This document shows, piece after piece, positions 44,701 to 54,224 of a DNA stretch of 64,000 nucleotides (position 1 is the stretch's first letter; each line of letters starts with the position of its first letter). Under the pieces are notes generated by a model that saw only the letters and a program-made list of their open reading frames with translations, did no database searches and was not told the DNA's origin. Position numbers and translations under genes: made by a program. The DNA is from an uncultured virus (IMG/VR IMGVR_UViG_3300011008_000050) (taxonomy: Duplodnaviria; Heunggongvirae; Uroviricota; Caudoviricetes), in IMG/VR virus record IMGVR_UViG_3300011008_000050. The stretch is one strand, 5' to 3'.

Positions 44701-45276
44701 ATGGCACAGATAGAAAAACTCATTCCCTTTATCATCAAGTGGGAGGCCGGGGGCAAACAGCAGCCTTACGAGACCAACGGCAACTTCTTCAATCGTCGCC
44801 GCAAGAATGGCTTTGCCAACGACCCGAAAGATATGGGCGGAGCCACACAGACGGGTGTCACGCTGAATGCTTACAGGAAATATTGCAAGCTGAAGGGCAT
44901 TAGCGCCCCCACTGTGGATAACCTGAAGAATATTCCATACGAGACATGGAAGGACGTTCTGAAGACCTTGTACTGGGACAAATGGAAGGCTGACGAGATA
45001 GAAAGCCAGCCTGTGGCGAACATCTTGGTTGATTGGGTCTGGGCAAGTGGTAGTTATGGCATCACCAAGCCACAGAAGTTGCTTGGCGTGGTGGCTGATG
45101 GCATTGTGGGCAAGAAGACCCTCGCTGCCGTGAATGGCCGCAGTCCGCTTGGCTTGTTCGGACAAATCAAGCAAGCAAGGCTTGATTTTGTCGAAAGTAT
45201 CGCCCGAGTGAATCCGTCACAAAAGAAGTGGCTGAACGGTTGGAAGAATCGCATCAATGACATAAAGTATTCGTAG
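44701..45276 (+). CDS. Endolysin, glycosyl hydrolase 108-like with peptidoglycan-binding C-terminus
   Basis: WEAGG...NDPKDMGGAT.GVT, DGIVGKKT and GWKNR motifs. Confidence 0.85.
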   Translation: MAQIEKLIPFIIKWEAGGKQQPYETNGNFFNRRRKNGFANDPKDMGGATQTGVTLNAYRKYCKLKGISAPTVDNLKNIPYETWKDVLKTLYWDKWKADEIESQPVANILVDWVWASGSYGITKPQKLLGVVADGIVGKKTLAAVNGRSPLGLFGQIKQARLDFVESIARVNPSQKKWLNGWKNRINDIKYS

Positions 45277-45383
45277 GAATGCTTTATAAAAAGGTTAGTT
45301 AAATGATTGGAGTTTGTTTTTAACCGTAAGGTGGAAGCCATCTGTGAAGACCGCTTCCCCAAATTTTTAAAGAATAATAAATT

Positions 45384-45920
45384 ATGTATAAGGATAGATT
45401 TGAAAAAGTGATGTTTCTTCGTTTGGTAATGGCTGGTGTTAAGACCGTCATGGTGTATGTGGTTGCGATGGCCTGTTCCGCATTGCTGTTTGGCTGCAAG
45501 TCGTGCCGATGTGCGGAGAGTACGGACACGAAGGATAGCGTGTCGGTAACTGAAAAGGAGTGGGTGGTGGAAGTGCCTTGCACGGTGTACTATGATGTGC
45601 CTTTGTTTGTAGGGCATTCCGTTGTCTCTGTTGGTGACACGTCCCATTTGGAGAATCCGCTGGCTGAAAGTGATGCGTGGGTGGATGAAGCGGGGTTGCA
45701 CCATACTTTGACGACAAAGCCGCAGGAGGTTGCTATTTCTGCCACTGTGAATGAGCACCACAAGGAGGTAGCACGGGTGGAGAAACGGACAATCACCCGA
45801 ACAGTGATAGTGAAGGAGAGCAAGACCTGGAAGTATTACGGCAAGGCGGTGCTTGTTTGTCTCGGGTGTGTCTTTGTCGGGTTTGTCCTCGGGAGGGTAG
45901 AACGGGTGCAGAAGAAATAG
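45384..45920 (+). CDS. Spanin-like lipoprotein
   Basis: Hydrophobic N-terminus with LLFGC lipobox-like motif and a C-terminal TM helix; follows the endolysin. True start uncertain. Confidence 0.55.
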   Translation: MYKDRFEKVMFLRLVMAGVKTVMVYVVAMACSALLFGCKSCRCAESTDTKDSVSVTEKEWVVEVPCTVYYDVPLFVGHSVVSVGDTSHLENPLAESDAWVDEAGLHHTLTTKPQEVAISATVNEHHKEVARVEKRTITRTVIVKESKTWKYYGKAVLVCLGCVFVGFVLGRVERVQKK

Positions 45921-45967
45921 TTGCCGTGGCGGTCGAAGTTGCTGTGATGCAGGTCGGAAGGCTTGGC

Positions 45968-46012
45968 GGTTAATACTTAAAAGTGACAAGATGTCTTAAT
46001 ACATTATTTTTG
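45968..46012 (+). promoter_or_regulatory. Promoter with 17-bp upstream box
   Basis: GGTTAATACTTAAAAGT-N20-TATTTTTG, just before ATG 46017. Confidence 0.65.
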
Positions 46013-46016
46013 CATT

Positions 46017-46484
46017 ATGATTGATATAACTCTTACCATCAACAAGGCGGAGGTGTATGACGAGGTGGCTAAGACCACGAGTTACACGGGCGCAAAAATG
46101 GATAGTGACGGCAGTGCCTACGAGCGCATCTTCACTACGGCTGAGGACCAGCTGATGCTGGAGCGTTTCTGGACTGAGGCTTGTGATGTCGTGACGGAGC
46201 AGCTGAAAGCTTTTCTGAAGGATGTGAGCGAGCCATCGACCACAAGTTTCGACCTGGAGCTGGAACTGAGCAGCAGCTTTGACGAGACGCTGACGGGTAG
46301 CATCAATACAAGCCTGTTCAGTTTCTTCGTGAATGCTGTCGTGAGCAAGTGGTATAAGTTCACGAACAAGGGCGAGGCTGAGAGTTACGCAGCAGAGGCA
46401 ACGGTCATGATGGGTGACGTAATGCGTAAGATTTATTACAGGAAGAAGCCCAAGCGGACAAAACCCTCTGTTCTGTCTGAATAA
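46017..46484 (+). CDS. Hypothetical structural protein (tail/adaptor-like)
   Basis: 155 aa; similar organisation to the next two ORFs. Confidence 0.65.
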   Translation: MIDITLTINKAEVYDEVAKTTSYTGAKMDSDGSAYERIFTTAEDQLMLERFWTEACDVVTEQLKAFLKDVSEPSTTSFDLELELSSSFDETLTGSINTSLFSFFVNAVVSKWYKFTNKGEAESYAAEATVMMGDVMRKIYYRKKPKRTKPSVLSE

Positions 46485-46515
46485 TTTTTTTCACCATTTT
46501 AAATAATTATCTATT

Positions 46516-47037
46516 ATGGCAAAACAAAATGTAAGTATCACCCTGTATGTGTCTGAAATGCTGTACGACATACAGAACAAGACGTATCTGACAGGCCGCA
46601 GCCGTCAGAATGGTCAAAACCACGAAGAGGTAGCCAACATGATGGCCAGTGACGATGAGGAGAACGGCAACCAGATTCTCCGCAGTCTTTACAATGCCTT
46701 CGGCAACCTGAAGAGCAAGTTGAGTGAGTATCTGGACGAGAACCAGTTGACGGGCAACAACGTCCTTGAAGGTGCTGACGAGACTGGACTTGACACCGAC
46801 AAGACGCTGGTGCTGAATCTGAAGATGCCATCGAACTACAATCAGGCTACGGTAGCGGCCATCACGGCAGGCTGCCACCAGTTCATTGTGAACACTTCGA
46901 TTGCTGACTGGTTTACCATCACGGACAAGGCCGATGCCGCCGACTATGTGAACATCGCCCAGCAGAACATCGAGCAAGTGCGCGAGGCCATCAACAAGCG
47001 TATTCGCCCGAAGTATAATGCTCCAGAGACCACTTAA
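46516..47037 (+). CDS. Hypothetical structural protein (tail/adaptor-like)
   Basis: 173 aa; LYDIQN.TY...ADWFTIT. Confidence 0.65.
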   Translation: MAKQNVSITLYVSEMLYDIQNKTYLTGRSRQNGQNHEEVANMMASDDEENGNQILRSLYNAFGNLKSKLSEYLDENQLTGNNVLEGADETGLDTDKTLVLNLKMPSNYNQATVAAITAGCHQFIVNTSIADWFTITDKADAADYVNIAQQNIEQVREAINKRIRPKYNAPETT

Positions 47038-47078
47038 TCCTGCAACAAAAACGCTGGGCACTGTAATAGCAAGGGACT

Positions 47079-47594
47079 ATGTTTAAGAAAGAGTGGACGA
47101 AGCGAGTGACTATCACGTTCAAGCGTGATGAACTGCTCTACGACATCCGTAACTATGCGTGGGTTGAGGGCGACATCATGCCCGTTAAAGACGAGCATGA
47201 GCGTCATCAGGTCATTGATGTTGGTGAGGATGGCAACGTGGACAGGGTCAACCGTGTTCTTGACTTGGCCTTTGCACAGTGTGTTGAATTGTGCTATCCC
47301 TACAGCAAGGTTGCGGTAGGTGACGAGACGGAGGCCGACGATACCCTGAACGCTCCTGCAACCTACGTTCTGCGGTTGCGTGTTCCTGACGATTTCGCTC
47401 AAAGCACGGTGAACTTGCTGGAGAAGCTTATCCACGAGCTGCTGGTGTGCAAGGTGATGGCAGACTGGATGAGTATCACGAAGCCGGATGCGAAGGAGAA
47501 CTGGCAGGTGAAGATTCTGGAACTGGAGTTTCAGATAACTGCTAACCTGAACTTCCGGGTCGGGAGGGTGAGACGGAGAATGAATCCGTTTTGA
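47079..47594 (+). CDS. Hypothetical structural protein (tail/adaptor-like)
   Basis: 171 aa; LYDIRN.AW...ADWMSIT. Confidence 0.65.
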   Translation: MFKKEWTKRVTITFKRDELLYDIRNYAWVEGDIMPVKDEHERHQVIDVGEDGNVDRVNRVLDLAFAQCVELCYPYSKVAVGDETEADDTLNAPATYVLRLRVPDDFAQSTVNLLEKLIHELLVCKVMADWMSITKPDAKENWQVKILELEFQITANLNFRVGRVRRRMNPF

Positions 47595-47665
47595 AGCCAG
47601 CGGCAGAACCGCTGGGCACAGTGACACCACTTAGCGGCAGAACCGCTGGGCACAGTGGCAAATTT

Positions 47666-47699
47666 GAAAGGCATCTATCCTCACGGACGGATGCCTTTC
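47666..47699. terminator. Hairpin terminator between convergent operons
   Basis: GAAAGGCATCT...GGATGCCTTTC followed by T-rich sequence. Confidence 0.7.
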
Positions 47700-47782
47700 T
47701 TCACTTATAAAACCTAACTAAAACTAACCTTTCATGAAAACAAAACTACTTTTGTTGTATTGTGTCTGCTGTGGCAGGATTG

Positions 47783-50494
47783 TCATCGGGGCTGCGCTGT
47801 GAGGCGTGGCGTGAACTGTATGGTGCATCCTGATATGCTTTCGTCTTTTTGGAGAGAGCAGATGAGGGCGAGGCGGAAGTATTTGTAGGGTGTGCCACGG
47901 AATCCACGGAGGTAGTGGTCTGTGGAGGACGCGACGAGGTGCCAACTGAAGAGGTCACGGGAGCCGTAGAGTATGGTCTTAACGTGTCCTTTGCGGAAGT
48001 AGCCACGCTGGATGATGGTGTCGATGGTCTTCAGCTGGTCGGGTGTATCGAGCTTGATGGGACGTGTGATGATGATTTGGGTTGGCGGCGTGGTGTCGGG
48101 TTCCGTTTCTGAATAGTTGACGAGTTCGTGCACGGGGTCTTCTTCCGGGTCGGCAGGATTTTCGGCTTTGACCGCGATGGCATCGGGGTATGCGTTGACG
48201 TGGTACTCGATGTCGGACTGCATCATTCCCCATTGTCTTGATTTGAGGGAGTAGATGTAGGCGTAGTGCAGGGAAGGGTTGTAGGCGATGATGCGCTGGT
48301 GTATGTAGTCGTAGAGCAGTCTGCATTCCTGGAGGAACTGCCTGAATGGGACGAAGTCGCTGATGGTGGCGATGGCATCGCCACATACGGAACTGAGACC
48401 CTGGATGGATGTAGCGGTGAGGGGGAGGGGGGAGTCGATGCTGTCGGAGATGCAGCGGCTTTCTGCTCCAGAGAGGAGCATGATGCCCCGGTCGGTAGCG
48501 AAGATTACGGCGGTGTCGATGGATGTGATGCTTTTGGGGTTGATGCATACGTCGCGCGTGACGGGCTGGCGTGCCGATATGGTTCCTGTGGATGATATTT
48601 CGAGTGCCCAGACTCCTTCGGTCGTGAAGGCGTAGAGAGGAAATTGTCCGAACTGCCCTTGTGAGAGAGCCTTTGTGGCGGCGGCGATGGCCATGACGGT
48701 TCCTGTTCCGACGGTTGTGGAATAGGGGAAGGCGAAAGGGTTGTCAGGATCGGAGTAGTAGATGGGGAGCATGAGCGATTCTTCATCAGCAGTGGGTGCG
48801 GGTACCTGTTCTACGGGTATGGTTTCTGGAATGGTTTCTGGTACTTTGAGGTAGTAGGCTCCGTTGAGGAAGTCGTGTGCGGTGAGTGGCAGCTTGTACC
48901 AAGTGTCGGTTCCGACGGGGTTGATGTATGCTGTTTTGGCATTGGTGTTGGGGTAGTAGAAGAAGAATGTGGTACGTCCTCCATCGCCGTTTGTGAGGGT
49001 GAAGAGGCTGGTTCCGAGTTGTGCGGCATTGTTTTGGATTACGATGTCGCGTGAGCCGTCTCTCAGGAGTATGCGGCACTGGTATTGGCGTTGCTGCTGG
49101 TTTGTGTCGCTCATGCCTGTTCCCCGGCAGCATGATGTGTCGAGAGGGAATCCCTGAAAGTATTTTTTGCGCATGCCTGCAAGGAAAAGCCTGGCGTTAT
49201 AGACGAAAGCACAGGAGGCAATGGAAGTGTCGTTGGTAGCGGTAGCGTCGCCGGCCATTCGTTCTTTGGATGTGAGTGCGGCGAGGTAAGATGCTGTGAT
49301 GTCGATTTTTGTGTCGTTGGTGGTGAGGTCGTCGATGTTGATTTGCTTGAGCAGGTAGAAGTTCTGGTTATTGCGGTAGTCGTTACGGATGTCGTTGTAG
49401 TTGCGTGCTATGGGTAGGGCATCGATGGGGGTATTATAGAGGCGGAAGAAGCCTGACCTGTTCTCCTCGTCATGGCTGTTCTGTGCGAGGTAGGCTGAGA
49501 GTGGCGACACGCTGCCATAGCCAGCGTTGTTTCCGTATTGGCAGACAGAGCTTTTGGATGTGTAGTCAGTCTGCTGTGCGTCGATGGCTCCGTTCTGGTC
49601 GTAGGTGTAGATGGGGCTGGAGATGAATATGTCGAGAGACTGGATGATGTCTTTCCATTTCCTCAGTGCTTCGAGTGCTGCCTCATCGTTGATTTTGAAG
49701 TAGAGGTCGTGGACGAGTGCAAAGAGGACGTATGTTTGTGAGCAAGTGAAGTAATTTCTGTTGTCATCGTTTCTGTTGAAGCTATAGTAGTACTCCCTCA
49801 TGTATGGTGTGGCTCCGTCGGTTTTCATCAGTATAGGGGGTGAGAAGCGCGCGAGTGTTCCGTCGTAGAGACGGAAGGCATATCGGACAAAAAAAGGGAA
49901 TATGAAGCGTCCGGCGTTGGTGGCTTTCTCGGCGATGAAGGCATTCATGTTTGCGTTGATGTTCTGTTTGAATAGTGGTGTGAATGCTTCTATCGCGGAC
50001 AAGCTTGATTCGTATTCTCCGCTGGCCGTGAAGGTGTAGTCCTTGTATGCGAGTGTGCCCCGTAATCCGAAGGCAAGTGGTATGAAAGGTGGCAATGAAC
50101 CGATGACGGTGTATTGTGCATTTTCCCATCGGAAGTAGCGTATGTCGTCGGAAAGTAGTATGGTGAGTATGTTTCCGATGGCGGCGACCTGAATGGGGTG
50201 TGGAAAGTAGCTGTCGATGATGTAATATGTGATGCGCCCGTGGCGGTAGAGGAGTGCTTCTTCTTCAGGGTCGTAGAGGATGTAATTAGTGATGTATTCA
50301 CTCCCTGATATTACTTTGTGGATGTAGAGGACTTCCCAGGTGCCGAGGTCTTCAAGGATGGTTTTTGGGGTGGTCAGCGGATGGAAGGCTTCGTCTTCGG
50401 GAACGAGGTTGATGGCTGCTGCGAGGTCTCCGTCTGGTGCTTCGTAGTCGGATGGTGTGGCTGTGAAGCCGTTGTACTTTATTTCCTTAATCAT
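47783..50494 (-). CDS. Putative tail hub/stabilisation (nozzle-like) protein
   Basis: 903 aa, beta-rich; ALSQGQFGQFPLYAF and FATDRG beta-propeller-like segments. Confidence 0.55.
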   Translation of the reverse strand: MIKEIKYNGFTATPSDYEAPDGDLAAAINLVPEDEAFHPLTTPKTILEDLGTWEVLYIHKVISGSEYITNYILYDPEEEALLYRHGRITYYIIDSYFPHPIQVAAIGNILTILLSDDIRYFRWENAQYTVIGSLPPFIPLAFGLRGTLAYKDYTFTASGEYESSLSAIEAFTPLFKQNINANMNAFIAEKATNAGRFIFPFFVRYAFRLYDGTLARFSPPILMKTDGATPYMREYYYSFNRNDDNRNYFTCSQTYVLFALVHDLYFKINDEAALEALRKWKDIIQSLDIFISSPIYTYDQNGAIDAQQTDYTSKSSVCQYGNNAGYGSVSPLSAYLAQNSHDEENRSGFFRLYNTPIDALPIARNYNDIRNDYRNNQNFYLLKQINIDDLTTNDTKIDITASYLAALTSKERMAGDATATNDTSIASCAFVYNARLFLAGMRKKYFQGFPLDTSCCRGTGMSDTNQQQRQYQCRILLRDGSRDIVIQNNAAQLGTSLFTLTNGDGGRTTFFFYYPNTNAKTAYINPVGTDTWYKLPLTAHDFLNGAYYLKVPETIPETIPVEQVPAPTADEESLMLPIYYSDPDNPFAFPYSTTVGTGTVMAIAAATKALSQGQFGQFPLYAFTTEGVWALEISSTGTISARQPVTRDVCINPKSITSIDTAVIFATDRGIMLLSGAESRCISDSIDSPLPLTATSIQGLSSVCGDAIATISDFVPFRQFLQECRLLYDYIHQRIIAYNPSLHYAYIYSLKSRQWGMMQSDIEYHVNAYPDAIAVKAENPADPEEDPVHELVNYSETEPDTTPPTQIIITRPIKLDTPDQLKTIDTIIQRGYFRKGHVKTILYGSRDLFSWHLVASSTDHYLRGFRGTPYKYFRLALICSLQKDESISGCTIQFTPRLTAQPR

Positions 50495-50508
50495 ATTTTG
50501 GAGAGGTT

Positions 50509-50898
50509 TTATAGAGGGTGGCGTGTGATGAGATGAACGGCCGTACTACCATTTGGACCCAAGATAACAGCAGAACCAGCAGGGAGTCGTATAGGGCGGT
50601 TGTCTGATACACGAGACACTTGTTTGATGGACGTGTAAAGCCTGTGTGAGTATGCCCTGAAATTGTTACTGTCGTGTTTCCCCTTGTTAGTTGGGTGGAC
50701 TGTGGCTTCATAGCGACCAACGCACTCGGCAGCGCGTAGGCGCACATATAGGAGGTATTCGTCATACGAGACAGCCACATCAATCACATCGCCATTTTGC
50801 AGTTGCAGCACCTTGGCAATGCGGGCAGTGATGTCGATGCGACCGTTAGGGTGGAATATGACATCAGGACGGCGGGAGTTAGGAAGCAGTGATGTCAT
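50509..50898 (-). CDS. Hypothetical protein
   Basis: MTSLLPNSRRPDVIFHPNGRIDIT..., start trimmed to ATG 50898. Confidence 0.6.
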   Translation of the reverse strand: MTSLLPNSRRPDVIFHPNGRIDITARIAKVLQLQNGDVIDVAVSYDEYLLYVRLRAAECVGRYEATVHPTNKGKHDSNNFRAYSHRLYTSIKQVSRVSDNRPIRLPAGSAVILGPNGSTAVHLITRHPL

Positions 50899-51331
50899 GA
50901 GGCCGTAGTATTTTGTAGTAGGTGAATGGTTTTCCGTCGGCAGAACCGACGGGCACAGTGGCTGTTTCGACGGATAGTTTGACAGGGTGGTCGTAGGGTA
51001 TTCCGTAATCGTAGAAGATGCGATTGACGGTAGGGCAGAGAGATTCAAAGCCGATGGAGCGGTGCTTGCTGTTATACTGGATGTCGGCCAGGCATGTGGG
51101 CTGCTGGATGTCGGGATTGAGTGTGAAGGCATATATGCCAGTTCCGGCAGAGCCGTCACCTACGGAGAACATGAAGACCTTTGCCTGTTCTTGGTTCATC
51201 ACGTCCATGTGGTCAAAGAGGGCACGGGAGAGGGTGACGGAGTTGTCGGACGGGTCGGCAATGACATAGAGGGAGCGGTGACGATACCATCGCCACACAC
51301 CTAATAGCCAAAGACGGAATTTTCTAATCAT
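50879..51331 (-). CDS. Hypothetical protein
   Basis: 150-aa ORF just downstream of a boxed promoter. Confidence 0.65.
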   Translation of the reverse strand: MIRKFRLWLLGVWRWYRHRSLYVIADPSDNSVTLSRALFDHMDVMNQEQAKVFMFSVGDGSAGTGIYAFTLNPDIQQPTCLADIQYNSKHRSIGFESLCPTVNRIFYDYGIPYDHPVKLSVETATVPVGSADGKPFTYYKILRPHDITAS

Positions 51332-51335
51332 AGTG

Positions 51336-51380
51336 CGAAGATAATCTGAAAGGGTGAAACGGTTGTTTTATGTTTTAACT
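51336..51380 (-). promoter_or_regulatory. Promoter with 17-bp upstream box
   Basis: - strand AGTTAAAACATAAAACA-N20-TATCTTCG (one mismatch in the -7 box). Confidence 0.6.
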
Positions 51381-51405
51381 CTCGATGGCAGAACCATCGA
51401 ACACA

Positions 51406-51624
51406 CTAATAGTCCTTGTGTGAACGGAAGGAAACGGTCTCAATGTAGAGAAACGAGCGGGTGGACTCAATTTCAAGACGGTGGCGCATTGCATCATCCT
51501 TTGAGCGGTGGATGAATGACGTTGCCTCACAGCGGTTTGTGCCGCGTGTGTTGACGATGTTCACATAATACTTATGCCCGAAGATGTGGGCAATGATGGA
51601 TTGCAGTACTGTTTCTTGTGCCAT
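51406..51624 (-). CDS. Hypothetical protein
   Basis: 72-aa ORF in the minus-strand operon. Confidence 0.6.
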   Translation of the reverse strand: MAQETVLQSIIAHIFGHKYYVNIVNTRGTNRCEATSFIHRSKDDAMRHRLEIESTRSFLYIETVSFRSHKDY

Positions 51625-51629
51625 AGTTG

Positions 51630-51998
51630 TTAGTGAAATTTAATGATGAATACTGGTTTATCTGTAGGCGCACCCCATTCAGGTTTGCCGTTAAAGCCCA
51701 TTGTGATGCTGTCGAGACAGAAGAGCATGGTTCGCTTGGTATAGCCATAACGGAATCGAACGTGAGTATATCCGCGAGGAAAGACACGGTCTGCACCTTC
51801 AAGGGTTGTCCGATTAGGGAAAAGGATTTTCTTTGTCATCAGCTCTTTGTAGTTGTCTTCAACATACTGCTTCAGACGTTTGTAGTCGAGCAGCCGCTTT
51901 TCCCAGTAGGGTGTAATGTCCCTGTACTCTTCGCGTTTCTCTCCGCTCTCAATCATATTGTACCACTCCTTTTTAAGTGGAAGTTCAAGTATCTTCAT
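51630..51998 (-). CDS. ASCH/PUA-like domain protein
   Basis: LELPLKKEWYNMIESGEKREEYR motif. Confidence 0.75.
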   Translation of the reverse strand: MKILELPLKKEWYNMIESGEKREEYRDITPYWEKRLLDYKRLKQYVEDNYKELMTKKILFPNRTTLEGADRVFPRGYTHVRFRYGYTKRTMLFCLDSITMGFNGKPEWGAPTDKPVFIIKFH

Positions 51999-52276
51999 AG
52001 TTCTAACGGGGTTGTTATGACTTTTCTTAATTTATCAAATGCTTCTGTAATCTTTGGCTTGATTGCCAGTTCCAGTTTCGTTAACTCATTAAAGTCTATA
52101 TCTATACCGAGTTCTTCCGTATTACAAAGGACTTCACTGATAATTGCATGCTCTACTTCGCACTGTCCATATTCAAGCCATTCTGCACATTTTTTGCGAC
52201 GAGGCCAAAAGACACGGTTCCAAAACTTTTGCCATAACTCTTTTGGAGAGTAGAGGGTGATTGTGATTTTCTTCAT
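51995..52276 (-). CDS. Hypothetical protein
   Basis: 93 aa with 4-nt overlaps on both sides. Confidence 0.6.
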   Translation of the reverse strand: MKKITITLYSPKELWQKFWNRVFWPRRKKCAEWLEYGQCEVEHAIISEVLCNTEELGIDIDFNELTKLELAIKPKITEAFDKLRKVITTPLEL

Positions 52277-53220
52277 ACAAACATATTTGGGGTTACTTGA
52301 ATTTTCTGTTTAATAATTGGGAAATATTCAGGGTTGAGTTCAAAGCCTACGTAGTGACGTTGATACTGGAGTGCTACCATGACCGTTGTGCCAGTCCCCA
52401 TGAATGGATCGAGGATTATTCCACCCACAGGACAGCCAGCGAGAACGCAATCACGGATAAGCGCAGGGGGATAGGCGGCAAAGTGTACGTTAGAGCCTGA
52501 CGGTTTGGTATTCTGAATCCACACGTCACGTTTATTGACCAGTGACGACGTTGGGATGTTGTTGCCCTGAAAGGTTTTGTAGTTGTTGCCTGGCACATGA
52601 AAGTCCACCTTACGATGCTTCACTATCTTGGAACGTATCTTCGACCTTGCTGGTTGTTTGATGCTTTCTGAGTCGAAGTAGTAGCGATTGGATTTTGATA
52701 GCAAAAAGATGTATTCGTGTGATTTGGTGCAACGGTCACGGACACTTTCGGGCATTGCATTGGGCTTATACCAAACAATATCCTGACGGAGAAAGTAACC
52801 AAGAGAGCGCAGGGAGAAGGCCAGCATCCACGGTATGCCTATCAGGTCTTTATCCTTACATGATGTGATGTACTTATAGGCAGTACGGTTATTGAGAGTT
52901 CCACGATTGGAACCCTGCTTGTATTTCTTAGCGTTATCGGGATAGCGAGCTGCCCCTTTGTTGCTCCCTGCATAACTATCTCCAATGTTGAGCCACAAGG
53001 TGCCTTCGGGTTTTAGGACACGCAACACTTCGGCAAAGATTTCAGTGAGTCTTTCTATATATTCTTCAGGTGACCGCTCCAGTCCGATTTGCCCATCAAC
53101 ACCATAGTCCCGCAGACCGTAGTAAGGTGGTGACGTGATACAGCAGTCGATGCAGTCGGATGGCATGAGCCTCAGCCCTTCAAGACAATCCATGTTATAT
53201 GTGTTGTCAGGTTCTATCAT
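52273..53220 (-). CDS. DNA N4-C/N6-A methyltransferase (beta class), orphan
   Basis: TSPPYY catalytic motif, HFAAYP and LDPFMGTGTT SAM-binding motif. Confidence 0.9.
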   Translation of the reverse strand: MIEPDNTYNMDCLEGLRLMPSDCIDCCITSPPYYGLRDYGVDGQIGLERSPEEYIERLTEIFAEVLRVLKPEGTLWLNIGDSYAGSNKGAARYPDNAKKYKQGSNRGTLNNRTAYKYITSCKDKDLIGIPWMLAFSLRSLGYFLRQDIVWYKPNAMPESVRDRCTKSHEYIFLLSKSNRYYFDSESIKQPARSKIRSKIVKHRKVDFHVPGNNYKTFQGNNIPTSSLVNKRDVWIQNTKPSGSNVHFAAYPPALIRDCVLAGCPVGGIILDPFMGTGTTVMVALQYQRHYVGFELNPEYFPIIKQKIQVTPNMFV

Positions 53221-53353
53221 TACTTCTACTTATTTGTTGCTTTCGTTGTTCTTTCTTACAAGCCTCGCTGCCGATGTGCTTGCGAAAACTGATTGCTCCT
53301 GTGCACCATTTGCCACAGTAGGGGCATTGGTAGGGTGTTCTGTCAAAAGCCAT
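53207..53353 (-). CDS. Small zinc-finger-like protein
   Basis: YQCPYCGK...FRKH....C, C2H2/C2HC-like. Confidence 0.5.
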   Translation of the reverse strand: MAFDRTPYQCPYCGKWCTGAISFRKHIGSEACKKEQRKQQISRSNDRT

Positions 53354-53357
53354 GTTC

Positions 53358-54083
53358 TTACAAATTAGGTAATTGTTTCCACTCCCTGCCATCGAGCAAA
53401 GAACCATTCTTGTATTTACTTCGCTTTACACCATCTTCGCCCCATGTACCCCATTGCTTGAAGAAGAAAGCCGTGTTGGTGTCAATGCAGCGGTCACGGA
53501 GTACACGAAACCAATCCGGGGACGGGCGACGGGCGCGGTTGCTACATTCTCCCCCCGTGATGAGCCAGTCGATGCCATCAAGCGTAATATCCCGCATATC
53601 TCCTAATAACGGTTCGCAACTGACAAAGCGGACGTTTGCGATGATGCGTTTCAGGTGGAAAATTCTTCCGTAGTGTTTGGCACTTTCGCAAGAGACCCCC
53701 AGCCATACGTTTTTAGGAACCTCGTACTCGTAGGTGAAGAACTCAGCCATCCTTTCAGCACGTTTCGTAAGAACCTGAAACGTGCATTGTGGGTTGTCCT
53801 GTATAGTCTCCATGACCTTTTTGATGAAGGAGAAGGGAACATCATCATGGAAGAGGTCGCTCATGGAGCAGACGAACACCATGCCATGCTTCCATTCGTA
53901 AGGTTCTTTGAGTGCTTCGTGGTGTATTGTCGGTATGAAGCCGTTGGCATACTTCTTTTGTCCCATGCCTTTCAGCCGCAAAGCCATTGTCTTAGCGTAG
54001 CAGTTGAAGCATCCTTCGCTTCTTGGTGTGCATCCCGTTACTGGGTTCCACACTCTTTCAGTCCATTCTATTTTTGTCGCCAT
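53358..54083 (-). CDS. Phage gp37/gp68-like (DUF5131) radical-SAM-like protein
   Basis: KIEWTE.VWNPVTGC...GC.NCYA, SMSDLFH and FFFKQWG motifs. Confidence 0.88.
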   Translation of the reverse strand: MATKIEWTERVWNPVTGCTPRSEGCFNCYAKTMALRLKGMGQKKYANGFIPTIHHEALKEPYEWKHGMVFVCSMSDLFHDDVPFSFIKKVMETIQDNPQCTFQVLTKRAERMAEFFTYEYEVPKNVWLGVSCESAKHYGRIFHLKRIIANVRFVSCEPLLGDMRDITLDGIDWLITGGECSNRARRPSPDWFRVLRDRCIDTNTAFFFKQWGTWGEDGVKRSKYKNGSLLDGREWKQLPNL

Positions 54084-54124
54084 AATTCTGATGTTTTGAT
54101 GTTAGTTAGTTTTTTCTGATTGTG

Positions 54125-54224
54125 GATTCATTCTTCTTGCATCCCCGCCTCGCCCTCTTGGGGAGGGCGGTGGCTGGGGAGCGAAGAAGAATGGTGTCCG
54201 TTCTGATGGGGAACAGACAAGTTA
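54125..54224 (-). promoter_or_regulatory. IMH-adjacent sequence plus DGR retrohoming hairpin (copy 2)
   Basis: Reverse complement matches 41122-41222 except for a 1-nt indel. Confidence 0.85.

Noticed and set aside
52273..53220. Restriction-modification system
   Set aside because: No cognate endonuclease is adjacent. Orphan phage MTases are common.
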